Source of the DNA: an uncultured Candidatus Saccharibacteria bacterium
GTDB lineage: Bacteria; Patescibacteriota; Dojkabacteria; GCA-016699595; JBAXKR01
Direction: 5' to 3'
Length of the DNA stretch: 64,000 bases
Assembly: GCA_964430225.1 (NCBI GenBank)
Contig: CAYSFE010000001.1
Coordinates: 95,668 to 159,667, forward strand
Part shown: positions 50,988 to 60,256 of the stretch, one piece after another
How the letters are laid out: every line of letters starts with the position of its first letter
How positions within the stretch are numbered: position 1 is the first letter of the stretch
Program-made: the position numbers and the translations under genes
Notes under the pieces: generated by a model
Databases searched by the model: none
The model's input: the letters and a program-made list of their open reading frames with translations, nothing else
What the model was told of the DNA's origin: nothing

Positions 50988-51509
50988 TTAATTACTAGAA
51001 CTCACTACTCTACTTGCAAGATTCATAAGATAATTTTCTAGCCTCTCACTATGTGGAAGAACAGGAAATAATAGAAAACCTTCAATTGGATTTACTTGAA
51101 AGAAATGATATGTGTCCGTTGGTCCTGGTTTAAATTCTGGGGGAGTTATTAGATCAAAAAGAAATGAAGGTGTTGCTATACCCTTTACAGCTAGTCTTGC
51201 CATTTCACTCAAATCAGAATCAGGAGTTCTTGGGTCTTTTTTTAATGATTCTTTAATATTTGGTCTAAACATTACACTACCTTCAACCAGAACAGCCCTT
51301 CCCACTGCAAGCCAATATTTCCCTTCTAGAACGGTTGGCATACCATTTTCCAAGGATGCACTATCATAGTCTGATAAATCTTGTGCAGTTAATGCAAGTC
51401 TAGAGTAAACAATCCTTCTCATACTTCCATCAAGCCTAGGAAGAAGGACACTTCCTAATACAGGTTCATTTAACAGAAAATGATGCTCATAAGTTGGATA
51501 TATAGCCAT
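50988..51509 (-). CDS. Hypothetical protein, paralogue of 51551-52099
   Basis: Shares LALT..D..D...G...VL.G....AVGR with the adjacent gene. Confidence 0.7.
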   Translation of the reverse strand: MAIYPTYEHHFLLNEPVLGSVLLPRLDGSMRRIVYSRLALTAQDLSDYDSASLENGMPTVLEGKYWLAVGRAVLVEGSVMFRPNIKESLKKDPRTPDSDLSEMARLAVKGIATPSFLFDLITPPEFKPGPTDTYHFFQVNPIEGFLLFPVLPHSERLENYLMNLASRVVSSSN

Positions 51510-51550
51510 AATAAAATATTAAAATATAATTAGAACCATTGCTCAATTAA

Positions 51551-52099
51551 CTATTTTGCTAAATCATTCTCTCCTTGACAAACAGCAATTGGAGATGTTT
51601 TTGGAAGCACGTTCCCTGCTATTGCCAAAAATAATTCTTTTGCTCTTTCCCTGACAGTAAATATCTCATAAAGCACAAACTCTGCATGTTTAAGGGGTTC
51701 AGAATTATTACCATTTAAGGCAATTCCTGCAATCATACTTTCTTCATGTAACTTAAACTCAAATCTAGCACCATTTCTTATAAGAAATATTTCATCAGCA
51801 CCTGGTAAGCCAGTTCCAACTACATTAGGATCAACGACTAAATGATTTGATTCTGGATAAAATAAAAACCAATCCCCTGGCTTTTCTTGTTCAACACGAC
51901 CAACAGCATAGAAACCATTTCCCTTTAGAACAACTCTTAATCCAGAATGTCCAGTGGCTTCTAAATCTACTATGTCTTTACGTGTTAAAGCAAGATGAGC
52001 AAACATTACTGGGTTATCTTCTCCTGGAAATACTATTCCTTTTAATAAACCTAAATGCATATTTACGATAGTTCCTTGTAATTCTTGTACTTGTGGCAT
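51551..52099 (-). CDS. Hypothetical protein, paralogue of 50988-51509
   Basis: HLALTRKDIVDLEATGHSGLRVVLKGNGFYAVGR motif block. Confidence 0.7.
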   Translation of the reverse strand: MPQVQELQGTIVNMHLGLLKGIVFPGEDNPVMFAHLALTRKDIVDLEATGHSGLRVVLKGNGFYAVGRVEQEKPGDWFLFYPESNHLVVDPNVVGTGLPGADEIFLIRNGARFEFKLHEESMIAGIALNGNNSEPLKHAEFVLYEIFTVRERAKELFLAIAGNVLPKTSPIAVCQGENDLAK

Positions 52100-52112
52100 T
52101 TAAATAGATATT

Positions 52113-52147
52113 AAAAATAAAAAACCCCGCTTTTTTAGAGCGGGGCT
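52113..52147 (-). terminator. Intrinsic terminator after rpsU
   Basis: Minus strand CCCCGCT-CTAAAAA-AGCGGGG followed by a T6 run. Confidence 0.85.
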
Positions 52148-52151
52148 ATTG

Positions 52152-52373
52152 TTATCTTCTAGGAGTTCCTTTTGAGGCTCTCCTTCTTAGAGCTTGTCTT
52201 CTCTTTCTTTTTCTTTTAGCAAACTCTTTTTTTACTGATGCTAATCTTTGAGAATCAGTTCTATACATGGTTCTCTCTTTTAGAGTATCCATAATATTCT
52301 CTCTTAAAACTTCTCTATGAAGTCTTCTTAAAGCTGCATCTATTGGTTCATCTGCATTTACTACTACTGACAT
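52152..52373 (-). CDS. rpsU: 30S ribosomal protein bS21
   Basis: VVV...EPIDAALRRL.R, R..Y...S..., basic tail; start at MSVVV given SD spacing. Confidence 0.85.
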   Translation of the reverse strand: MSVVVNADEPIDAALRRLHREVLRENIMDTLKERTMYRTDSQRLASVKKEFAKRKRKRRQALRRRASKGTPRR

Positions 52374-52378
52374 TACAT

Positions 52379-52387
52379 TCACCTCCC
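52379..52387 (-). promoter_or_regulatory. Strong Shine-Dalgarno sequence of rpsU
   Basis: GGGAGGTGA, 5 nt before ATG 52373, formed by the last codons and stop of rseP. Confidence 0.75.
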
Positions 52388-53554
52388 GAATAACTTAGAT
52401 AAAGAATCAATTACATTTTGAATAAATCCAAACTGTAAGAAATCACGAAGTAATAATATCACAAAGAGACCCATTAAAGCTATGTATCCTGCCCCAACAA
52501 ACCTATTTAGCCATTTATCAGATAATTTCTTTCTTGTAATGGTCTCAATGACTACTAAAAGGATGTATCCACCATCTAATGCTGGTATTGGTAGTAGGTT
52601 AAATATACCTACCGATAAGGAGATTGCAGCACATAGCTCAAGAACATTTAAAAAATAGCTAGCTTCTATAAACTTGTATGTATATCTTGTAGCTTGGACT
52701 ATTGTTCCAGTTCCCTCACTTATCTTATTGAATGATCTATCCTTAAATGATTGTGAAATTAGATTACCAAACAAAGCTAAATTGTATTTTGTATAGTTTA
52801 GAGTATGAGCAATTGGAGCAAGTAGTTTATTACCTGAATAGTCGAGTCTATATACCTCTCCTGGAATTACAACTCCAATAATTGGAAATCCTTCAGCATT
52901 CTTTTCAGTCACAAGAACTTTATATTCTTTTATTGTAAGATCTTGAAGCTTTTGAAGCTTAATAGTTACCTCTTTACTAAAGTTTGATCTAATTACACTT
53001 TTAAATTCATCAATGTTATATACCTTTTTACCATTCATTTCTAAGACTATAGAGTTTTGAGGAAGTCCTGCTTTTGCTGCTGCCATTCCATCCTCAAGTG
53101 CTGATATTCTAGGAAGTTCTTCCACTATACTTACATTATCAAACTTCATAGAAATATCTTCAGATTTAGGCATGATCACAACAAAATTTGTGATAAGAAG
53201 ATAGATTGAGAAAATGATAATACCAAGTATTGCATTCATCACTACTCCATTTATGAGTATAAAGATCTTTTGAAGAGGTTTCTTAGTAGAAAAACTATCA
53301 GGCTCATCTATATGCCCTTCTTGTCCATGTACTTTTACATACCCACCTAATGGAAGAAGATTAAGTCTAAAAAGTGTTCCTTTCCATTTCTTCCCAATTA
53401 ACATCTTACCCATTCCAAATGCAAACTCATCCACTCTAACTCCACAAAGTTTAGAAGCAATGTAATGCCCAAATTCATGAATAGTAACAACTATTCCAAT
53501 TAGGAGAGTCATAACAATGATTGTTTGAAACAAGGCAGGTATGTCTATTGGCAT
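52379..53554 (-). CDS. rseP: Site-2 (M50) intramembrane metalloprotease with PDZ
   Basis: IHEFGH, LPLGGYV, PDZ, NLLPIPALDGG. Confidence 0.94.
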   Translation of the reverse strand: MPIDIPALFQTIIVMTLLIGIVVTIHEFGHYIASKLCGVRVDEFAFGMGKMLIGKKWKGTLFRLNLLPLGGYVKVHGQEGHIDEPDSFSTKKPLQKIFILINGVVMNAILGIIIFSIYLLITNFVVIMPKSEDISMKFDNVSIVEELPRISALEDGMAAAKAGLPQNSIVLEMNGKKVYNIDEFKSVIRSNFSKEVTIKLQKLQDLTIKEYKVLVTEKNAEGFPIIGVVIPGEVYRLDYSGNKLLAPIAHTLNYTKYNLALFGNLISQSFKDRSFNKISEGTGTIVQATRYTYKFIEASYFLNVLELCAAISLSVGIFNLLPIPALDGGYILLVVIETITRKKLSDKWLNRFVGAGYIALMGLFVILLLRDFLQFGFIQNVIDSLSKLFGR

Positions 53555-53555
53555 G

Positions 53556-54098
53556 TTATATTGTCATTAATTTTTTCTCTTTATCGCTAAGTATCGTGTC
53601 CACTTCTTTATTTGCATTGTCTACATCTAATTGTAATTTCTTTTCTTCTACTTTTAATTGATCTTCTGTTAAAAGACCATCTTTTTTGCTCTTATCAAGT
53701 TCTTGCATTATCTCTTTTCTTAATTGTCTTAGACTTACCTTTGCCTCTTCTGCCTTAGCTCCACATAGTTTTACAAATTCCTTTCTTTTTTCTTCATTTA
53801 AAGGTGGGAAGATTAGTTTAAGAGATTCAGAATCTACAACAGGATTTACTCCTAAGTTAGAAGCTTGAATAGCTTTTTGAATATCTTGAATAAGGCTCTT
53901 GTCCCAAGGTGATATTACTATCATATTTGAATCTACTGTAGAAATTGATGCTACTTGATTAAGAGGTGTAGGAGATCCGTATGCTTCAACCATAACCCCA
54001 TCAAGAAGTTCACTTCCTGGTCTACCAGCACGTACCTTAGAAAACTCATCTTTAAGATGATCTAGTGCTTTTACTTTTCCAATATTAAAATCATTCAT
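53556..54098 (-). CDS. frr: Ribosome recycling factor
   Basis: RAGR, VEAYG..PL.QVA, PWDK, PPL.EEKR. Confidence 0.95.
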   Translation of the reverse strand: MNDFNIGKVKALDHLKDEFSKVRAGRPGSELLDGVMVEAYGSPTPLNQVASISTVDSNMIVISPWDKSLIQDIQKAIQASNLGVNPVVDSESLKLIFPPLNEEKRKEFVKLCGAKAEEAKVSLRQLRKEIMQELDKSKKDGLLTEDQLKVEEKKLQLDVDNANKEVDTILSDKEKKLMTI

Positions 54099-54104
54099 AT
54101 ACTT

Positions 54105-54692
54105 TTAAGATACAGTAATTCTCTCAATTCTGCTAATTACTATTTTCTCACCAAGTTTTGCAAGCATTTCATTATATAGATCTTTGATTTTCTTAGAGTT
54201 ATCTTTTATCCAAGGTTGTTCCATCAATACAACTTCTTCATAGAATTTTGATAGTTTTCCTTCTGCAATCTTTTCAGCAATGTTTTGTGGTTTACCAGTC
54301 TTTTTTACTTCCTCAACATATATTGCTTTTTCTTTAGCAAGTACATCAGCAGGAACATCTTCTATCTTAATATATGTAGGATTTTGAGAAGCTACTTGCA
54401 TAGCAAGCTCTTTAGCAAACTCTTGGAAATCTTTTCCTTGACTTACAAAGTCTGTTTCAGACATAACTATAGCAAGTCCAAGTAATTGACCATTATGTAA
54501 GTATGTACCAATCCATCCATGTTCAGATGTTTTATCTGATCTCTTAGATAGCTTAGCAATACCTTTCTTTCTTAATATTTCATATGCTTTCTCAATATCA
54601 CCCTTAGCTTCTTCAAGAGCTGATTTACAGTCAGCAAAACCAACACTAGATCTTTCCCTTAGTTGTTTAACTAGATTCATATCTATTGCCAT
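54105..54692 (-). CDS. tsf: Elongation factor Ts (short form)
   Basis: VKQLRE...DCKSAL, SETDFV, IAEGKL.KFY; AGGAGGT SD at 54697-54703. Confidence 0.95.
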   Translation of the reverse strand: MAIDMNLVKQLRERSSVGFADCKSALEEAKGDIEKAYEILRKKGIAKLSKRSDKTSEHGWIGTYLHNGQLLGLAIVMSETDFVSQGKDFQEFAKELAMQVASQNPTYIKIEDVPADVLAKEKAIYVEEVKKTGKPQNIAEKIAEGKLSKFYEEVVLMEQPWIKDNSKKIKDLYNEMLAKLGEKIVISRIERITVS

Positions 54693-54729
54693 ATCTACCT
54701 CCTATTTGTGAATTTATGTATATATATTA

Positions 54730-55725
54730 TTATTTAGTAGCTTTTTTTGCTACTTTTTTTGTTACTGCTTTCTTTGGAGCTGCTTTCTTAGCAGGTGTAG
54801 CCTTTTTAGCTACAGCTTTTACTGTTTTCTTAACTGTCTTTACTTCTTTAACTTCTTCTTTTTTTACAACTTTTTCAACAGGTTTTACCTTAGCAACTTC
54901 TTTTTGTACTCTTACTCTTACCTTTTTAGCTTTTACAACTTCTTCAACTTTCTTAACAATCTTTTTAACTTCTACTTTAGAATAGTCTTTTTGTACATGT
55001 TTTACTCCATTTCCTTTATTTCCATTCTTAACAGCGTCTCCAATTAATCCCATTATCATTTTGATAGCACTTAATGCATCATCATTTGTAAATATTGGAT
55101 AAGTTACAACTGAAGGATCAGTATTTGTGTCTATTAATCCTACTGTAACGATATTTAGTTCATCAGCTTCTAATATTACTGATTTTTCAAATGTTGGATC
55201 TACTACTACGATAAGTTTTGGAAGATATTCCATTGTCTTGATTCCACCGTATAGTCTATCTAATCTCATCCACTCTTTTTTCATCCAAGAAATTTCTTGC
55301 TTTGTTCTACCTTCAATTCCAGTTTCAAAATCTGATTCTAGTTTTCTTAATCTATCTAAACTTTTCTTAACATGTTTGAAGTTTGTTAACAGTCCTCCTA
55401 CCCATCTATGTGTTACATAGAAAGCACCTGCATCTTTAGCAACAGCTTCTACAATATCTTTAGCTTGATTCTTAGTTCCAACTATTAATACATTTCCAAA
55501 TGAAGCTGCTTTAGCAATTTCAGCTAATGAAACATTAAGAGATTCAATAGTTTTATTTACGTCTATTATATGAATTCCATTTCTAGCACCAAAGATAAAG
55601 CTCTTAGCTTTAGGATTCCATTTATTAGTCTGATGACCAAAATGCACTCCAGCCTTTAAAAAATCCTTGTAGTCAGGTAGAGTTGGTGAATATTTAACTA
55701 CTTTTACTTCTTTAGTTACTTCCAT
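54730..55725 (-). CDS. rpsB: 30S ribosomal protein uS2 with Lys/Ala/Val-rich C-terminal tail
   Basis: AGVHFGH, WNPK, RWVGGLLTNF, DTN.DP, NDD; ~80-aa basic tail. Confidence 0.96.
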   Translation of the reverse strand: MEVTKEVKVVKYSPTLPDYKDFLKAGVHFGHQTNKWNPKAKSFIFGARNGIHIIDVNKTIESLNVSLAEIAKAASFGNVLIVGTKNQAKDIVEAVAKDAGAFYVTHRWVGGLLTNFKHVKKSLDRLRKLESDFETGIEGRTKQEISWMKKEWMRLDRLYGGIKTMEYLPKLIVVVDPTFEKSVILEADELNIVTVGLIDTNTDPSVVTYPIFTNDDALSAIKMIMGLIGDAVKNGNKGNGVKHVQKDYSKVEVKKIVKKVEEVVKAKKVRVRVQKEVAKVKPVEKVVKKEEVKEVKTVKKTVKAVAKKATPAKKAAPKKAVTKKVAKKATK

Positions 55726-55761
55726 ATAAAAATTTGATATATAAATATAAAGACGAATTCA

Positions 55762-55789
55762 ATTATATCAGTTGACAGCATATATTCAA
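55762..55789 (-). promoter_or_regulatory. Promoter of the rpsB operon
   Basis: TTGAAT-N16-TATAAT with extended TG. Confidence 0.65.
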
Positions 55790-55868
55790 GGGGAAAGGGC
55801 TTTAAACTTGAATTAATATGACTATTTTTAAGCTTTCCAATTTTAAAACTATAATTTTACTAATTACA

Positions 55869-56129
55869 TCAATTAATTGTAGTACTATCAGGCCCTATTA
55901 TTCCATAATCAGTATCATCGGTACTTATTTCTACAAATGGAAATGCAACAATTCCCTTTCTAATTATCTCTCCTTTTTCATTATAGACAACATCAAGCTC
56001 TATTGCTTGATCTGTATCTGGTAATTCAAAACCATTAGGAACTTGACCATAACATCTCTCACCATCTATAAGAACTACAACAAGAGTATCCTTTATAGAT
56101 TCAAAATCATTAATAGGTTCTTCAGGCAA
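55869..56129 (-). CDS. Small acidic hypothetical protein
   Basis: 86-aa ORF with TTG start; protein-like composition. Confidence 0.5.
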   Translation of the reverse strand: MPEEPINDFESIKDTLVVVLIDGERCYGQVPNGFELPDTDQAIELDVVYNEKGEIIRKGIVAFPFVEISTDDTDYGIIGPDSTTIN

Positions 56130-56209
56130 TAGATCAAAAACATAATAATGGAGAGATTATACTCTTTAAAAGAGATTACTTAAATTTTCAGAATCTATTT
56201 TATATATAA

Positions 56210-56674
56210 TCAATCAACTATTTCTTGAGGCTTAAGATCTGATAAATAAAGCCCCAGCCTATTCATTATTTTTCTTACTAGTTCAACTCTACCTTCATGT
56301 GATAACCCTCTTATGCCTTTTACTTTTTCTACAGCCCTAGCTCCTTTTCCAATAACAACATCTTCTTTTTCGGCTATACTTCTCAAGTAATTCCTTTCTA
56401 GTGCGTCTCTTTCTTGACTTCCGTTTTGAGGTAGAGGTTTAGTTAAGCGTCCAAGTAGAATTTTTAACATTTCCCATCGACTCTTTCCTTTTTGTTCTCC
56501 AAACTGAACATCTACAGGAGCGTTTAATTCGCCTAGAAAGGTTTCTACTGCACTATCAAGACCCTTTTCATCATTCATTCTCTCTCTTACTTTTGCAACT
56601 TTTTTCTCAGCCTCACTCCCTGCATAAACCATTTGATCAGGTGTAACTTGATCAGCTAATGCCATGTTTAACAT
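56210..56674 (-). CDS. Hypothetical protein
   Basis: 154-aa ORF preceded by TGGTATAAT extended -10. Confidence 0.65.
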   Translation of the reverse strand: MLNMALADQVTPDQMVYAGSEAEKKVAKVRERMNDEKGLDSAVETFLGELNAPVDVQFGEQKGKSRWEMLKILLGRLTKPLPQNGSQERDALERNYLRSIAEKEDVVIGKGARAVEKVKGIRGLSHEGRVELVRKIMNRLGLYLSDLKPQEIVD

Positions 56675-56717
56675 CCTAAAATATTAATATCCGGGATTAT
56701 ACCACTTTCAAAAACTA

Positions 56718-57380
56718 CTATATGTCAAATATTACTTCATTGGGATAAATTACTAACCTACCCATATATCTTTGTATTAGATAGTTATTCCCTCTCCCTT
56801 TCTCCTCATATATATCTCTTGGAACTGTATAGATTTCCCTATCTTGTTCAAATGCTAACTTAGCACTAATCATACTTCCGCTATCTATTTCACATTCAGG
56901 AATAAAGAGTTTTGCCGAGAGTCCTGTAATTATCCTATTTCTAAAATAGAAGTTTTGTTTAGTCAGAGATGATCCTTCTTCATACTCTGAAATTAATAGT
57001 CCACCACTATCTAAAATACTCTCTGATAAAGGTATTGATGATTTAGGGTATATATTCTCTATTGAAGATGGAAGTACTGCTATTACTTTTCCTTTATTCT
57101 CTATTGCTACTTCATGACATAAACTGTCTATACCTAATGCAAGTCCACTAACAATTACATGTCCATTTTCTACAAAATATTTTGTAAATTCTTTAGTGAT
57201 TTGAATTCCTTTCTTACTTACCTTTCTACTTCCTACAATGGAAATATTCTTTTCACTATCTTTAAGAAGCTCTATGTTTCCTTTAAGATAAAGGATTTTA
57301 GGGGGATCATATATTTCTTTTAATGAAAGTGGATAGATAGAAGAATATATATCTATCTTGATTACTTTTTCTTTATACAT
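56718..57380 (-). CDS. dprA: DNA-processing protein DprA (Rossmann core only)
   Basis: YP..LKEIYDPP, IVGSR, VSGLALGID, RNRIITGLS, SGS. Confidence 0.93.
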   Translation of the reverse strand: MYKEKVIKIDIYSSIYPLSLKEIYDPPKILYLKGNIELLKDSEKNISIVGSRKVSKKGIQITKEFTKYFVENGHVIVSGLALGIDSLCHEVAIENKGKVIAVLPSSIENIYPKSSIPLSESILDSGGLLISEYEEGSSLTKQNFYFRNRIITGLSAKLFIPECEIDSGSMISAKLAFEQDREIYTVPRDIYEEKGRGNNYLIQRYMGRLVIYPNEVIFDI

Positions 57381-59068
57381 TACTTTTTGAAAGTTGATTC
57401 TATGACTTCAGTACTATTAAATCCCCATGAACCACCTCTTAGAAATACTGCAAATGAGTATTCTGGGTCTTCATATGGCCAAAACCCTGTTGAAAAAGAG
57501 TTAGCAGCGGACGAAGGCCCTACTTCAGATGATCCAGTCTTAGCAGCAAAGTTTGGTGTAAGTTTATTTAGTTTGTATGCAGAACCATCAGTAACAGCTT
57601 GTCTCATACCTTTCTTAATATCCAGATATATATTTTTATCTACTTTAGAATCTACAAATATGGAAGGAACATATGTAAATGTTTTAGATGACCTAACACC
57701 TAAATGAGGGGTATATGTAATTCCTTCATTAGCTACATTCGAAGATATATTCATTAGTTGAATTAGGGTAATCCTATTTAGTCCCTGCCCTATTGCTGTA
57801 TTACAGCTATCACCATAGTACCAAGCAGAATTTTCTAATTTCTTTTTTAATTCACGAGTAGCCACACTACTTTTAATTTCTTCTTTTAAATCAATATCTG
57901 ATTTGGAACTAAGGTTAAGTTTATCTGTATATATATTTAATTTATCTATTCCCATTTTAAGCATATTTGTACAAAAGAATACGTTACTAGATTTAGCAAT
58001 GGCTCTATATAGATCAACATTACCTAAGACACTTTCCTCAGCTTCACAAAATATCTCTCCTCTATCTGATAGTTTCATACATCCTTCTGAATTAACAACT
58101 GTCTTTGTATCTATTGTTTTACTATCAAGTAAAGCTAAAGCAACAACAGGTTTAAATGTAGATCCTATTGGCTGTGGTAATGATACAACTTTGTTTATGA
58201 GAGGAAGATTAGGATCAGATAAGAGTTTTTCATATTCTTTCTTAGGTAGGAAAGATGAAAACATATTTGTATCAAATCCTGGATAACTTACCATTGCAAG
58301 AATCTCACCATTCTTTACATTTGATATTACAGCAGCTCCTGCACCCAACCCTTCTTTCTTAAGTTTAGCTTCTAAAGAAGAATATAGCTTTTGCTGTAAA
58401 GATATATCTATACTTAAATATATATCTTCTCCATTTATGGGTTCTACTACTTGACCAGAAGAAGCTATGTATCCATTAGTTCCAGAAAGTATTTGATCAT
58501 ATGTTCTCTCTATTCCAAACTTTCCTACTTCTATATCAGGTAAACTTTCAGAGGTATATCCAACTACATGAGACAATATATATGGATACACATATTTTCT
58601 TTTAAAGAAAGTAGTGACTTTGATTCCTGGTAATTCATCTTTCTTAGCTGATATCTTTAATACTTGATCTCTTTCTATACTTGGAACAAGAAGTAAATCT
58701 TTAAAACGTATTTCTTTATCCTCTTTTACCGTTTTCTCTTTAAAATTTTCTATTAGATCTTCTTTATTTATCCCAACAATATCAGCAATCTTCCCTACAA
58801 TATCTAATCCCTCAGAAGAACTAACTAGAGTATTATCAAAGATTACTTTGTATCCAGGTTCATTGTATGCAAGTAAAACTCCATTCCTATCATATATATT
58901 TCCTCTTTGCGCTACTAAAGTTTCTGACTTTTGATCAACAAAACTTGAAAGTTGATTCTCCTCATATGCATTACTTACCTGGAGTTTAAATATACTTATC
59001 CAAAGAAATATCCCAATAACGAGTATTAGGGCAAAGGAAAGAAGTGATTTTAAAATATATTTAATCAT
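57380..59068 (-). CDS. mrdA: Penicillin-binding protein 2
   Basis: RGNIYDRNG, GSTFK (SxxK), SSN, KTG; follows mreBCD. Confidence 0.9.
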   Translation of the reverse strand: MIKYILKSLLSFALILVIGIFLWISIFKLQVSNAYEENQLSSFVDQKSETLVAQRGNIYDRNGVLLAYNEPGYKVIFDNTLVSSSEGLDIVGKIADIVGINKEDLIENFKEKTVKEDKEIRFKDLLLVPSIERDQVLKISAKKDELPGIKVTTFFKRKYVYPYILSHVVGYTSESLPDIEVGKFGIERTYDQILSGTNGYIASSGQVVEPINGEDIYLSIDISLQQKLYSSLEAKLKKEGLGAGAAVISNVKNGEILAMVSYPGFDTNMFSSFLPKKEYEKLLSDPNLPLINKVVSLPQPIGSTFKPVVALALLDSKTIDTKTVVNSEGCMKLSDRGEIFCEAEESVLGNVDLYRAIAKSSNVFFCTNMLKMGIDKLNIYTDKLNLSSKSDIDLKEEIKSSVATRELKKKLENSAWYYGDSCNTAIGQGLNRITLIQLMNISSNVANEGITYTPHLGVRSSKTFTYVPSIFVDSKVDKNIYLDIKKGMRQAVTDGSAYKLNKLTPNFAAKTGSSEVGPSSAANSFSTGFWPYEDPEYSFAVFLRGGSWGFNSTEVIESTFKK

Positions 59069-59480
59069 TTAATTTGAAATATATTCTCTGTAACAAAATA
59101 TTTATGAGAGTAAATATGATTAACTCAAATATATTTAGTCCAAATGTAAGGTATGAATATATTAATAAAACAAAATATATATAGACTGCTCTTAATATAT
59201 TCTTATCAAAAAGTGTCACAAACTTAGGAAAGATATATTCAGAGAGTAAACAGACAATAACAACAAGACCTAAAGGCAAATATATATTTATACCTAAAAT
59301 GTATAGTAGACAGAGGGATACAGCTATTAATCCTACTTTTAAATTGTCGATATCAAAGATAAATAAAACTGTGAGAAGGAAAAAGAATAGGTACTTTTCA
59401 AAAAGGAAATTACCATGGAATATTATTAATAATATTAGAGAAAGAAGGAATAAAAAGATTTTAAATATCTTCTTTATCAT
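59061..59480 (-). CDS. MreD-like membrane protein
   Basis: Very hydrophobic 139-aa ORF between mreC and PBP2 (position-based call). Confidence 0.55.
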   Translation of the reverse strand: MIKKIFKIFLFLLSLILLIIFHGNFLFEKYLFFFLLTVLFIFDIDNLKVGLIAVSLCLLYILGINIYLPLGLVVIVCLLSEYIFPKFVTLFDKNILRAVYIYFVLLIYSYLTFGLNIFELIIFTLINILLQRIYFKLND

Positions 59481-60256
59481 TTTGAGAGTATTACAAAAAC
59501 TAAATCTAGTTTTGAATAATCAAGAGATCTAGTTATCACAACATCTTTATTAAATCCATTTTGAGAATTTCTAATCTCGCTCACTTCCCCTATTATGAGG
59601 TTCTTCATTACATCTGTATTACTTGAATCAGTAACAATTAGATCTCCAACTTTTATAATTTCTCCAGGTAAAACTAAACTCATAATGAGTTCATTACTAG
59701 AATTAAGAGTAAGGTTTCCCTTAGCACTTAAGTCTTTATTTGTAACAATATATGAGTATTTATTGGAAGATAGTAATGTGACTTGTGATTTACTCTCTCC
59801 TACTTCACTTACTTTACCAACTAAAAAGTCATTAAGTACTACAGCATTACCAACAGCTACCCCACTACTTTTTCCTACATTAATAGTGATCTCACTTGGA
59901 GTTAAATAGTTGTTCATACCAGTAACACCTGCCAACACTTTATTCTCCTTACTTGTTTCTTTTGAATTTAACTGAGATTTTAATTTCTCATTTTCAATTT
60001 CTAAACTTTGTAATTTAGAAAGTTTCGAAAGTAAATCAAGATTTTCTTTTTTAAGAGTTTCATTCTCTTCCCTATATACTCCTAGTCTATCAACAACTTC
60101 ACTTACAACAGATACTCTTTTAGAAATAGAAAATAAATAACTATCGATAGTATTTGTATCGATATTTATTACACCAATTACGGTAAGAAAGAGAAAAGAG
60201 AGGAAACAAACGAGAAACAGTATTGCTATCTTTTTAATGTTAAGTGTATTTTTCAT
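59477..60256 (-). CDS. mreC: Rod shape-determining protein MreC
   Basis: TM, coiled coil (ENEKLK..L), INVG...GV..G..V, LVGKV, GD.IVT. Confidence 0.9.
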   Translation of the reverse strand: MKNTLNIKKIAILFLVCFLSFLFLTVIGVINIDTNTIDSYLFSISKRVSVVSEVVDRLGVYREENETLKKENLDLLSKLSKLQSLEIENEKLKSQLNSKETSKENKVLAGVTGMNNYLTPSEITINVGKSSGVAVGNAVVLNDFLVGKVSEVGESKSQVTLLSSNKYSYIVTNKDLSAKGNLTLNSSNELIMSLVLPGEIIKVGDLIVTDSSNTDVMKNLIIGEVSEIRNSQNGFNKDVVITRSLDYSKLDLVFVILSK

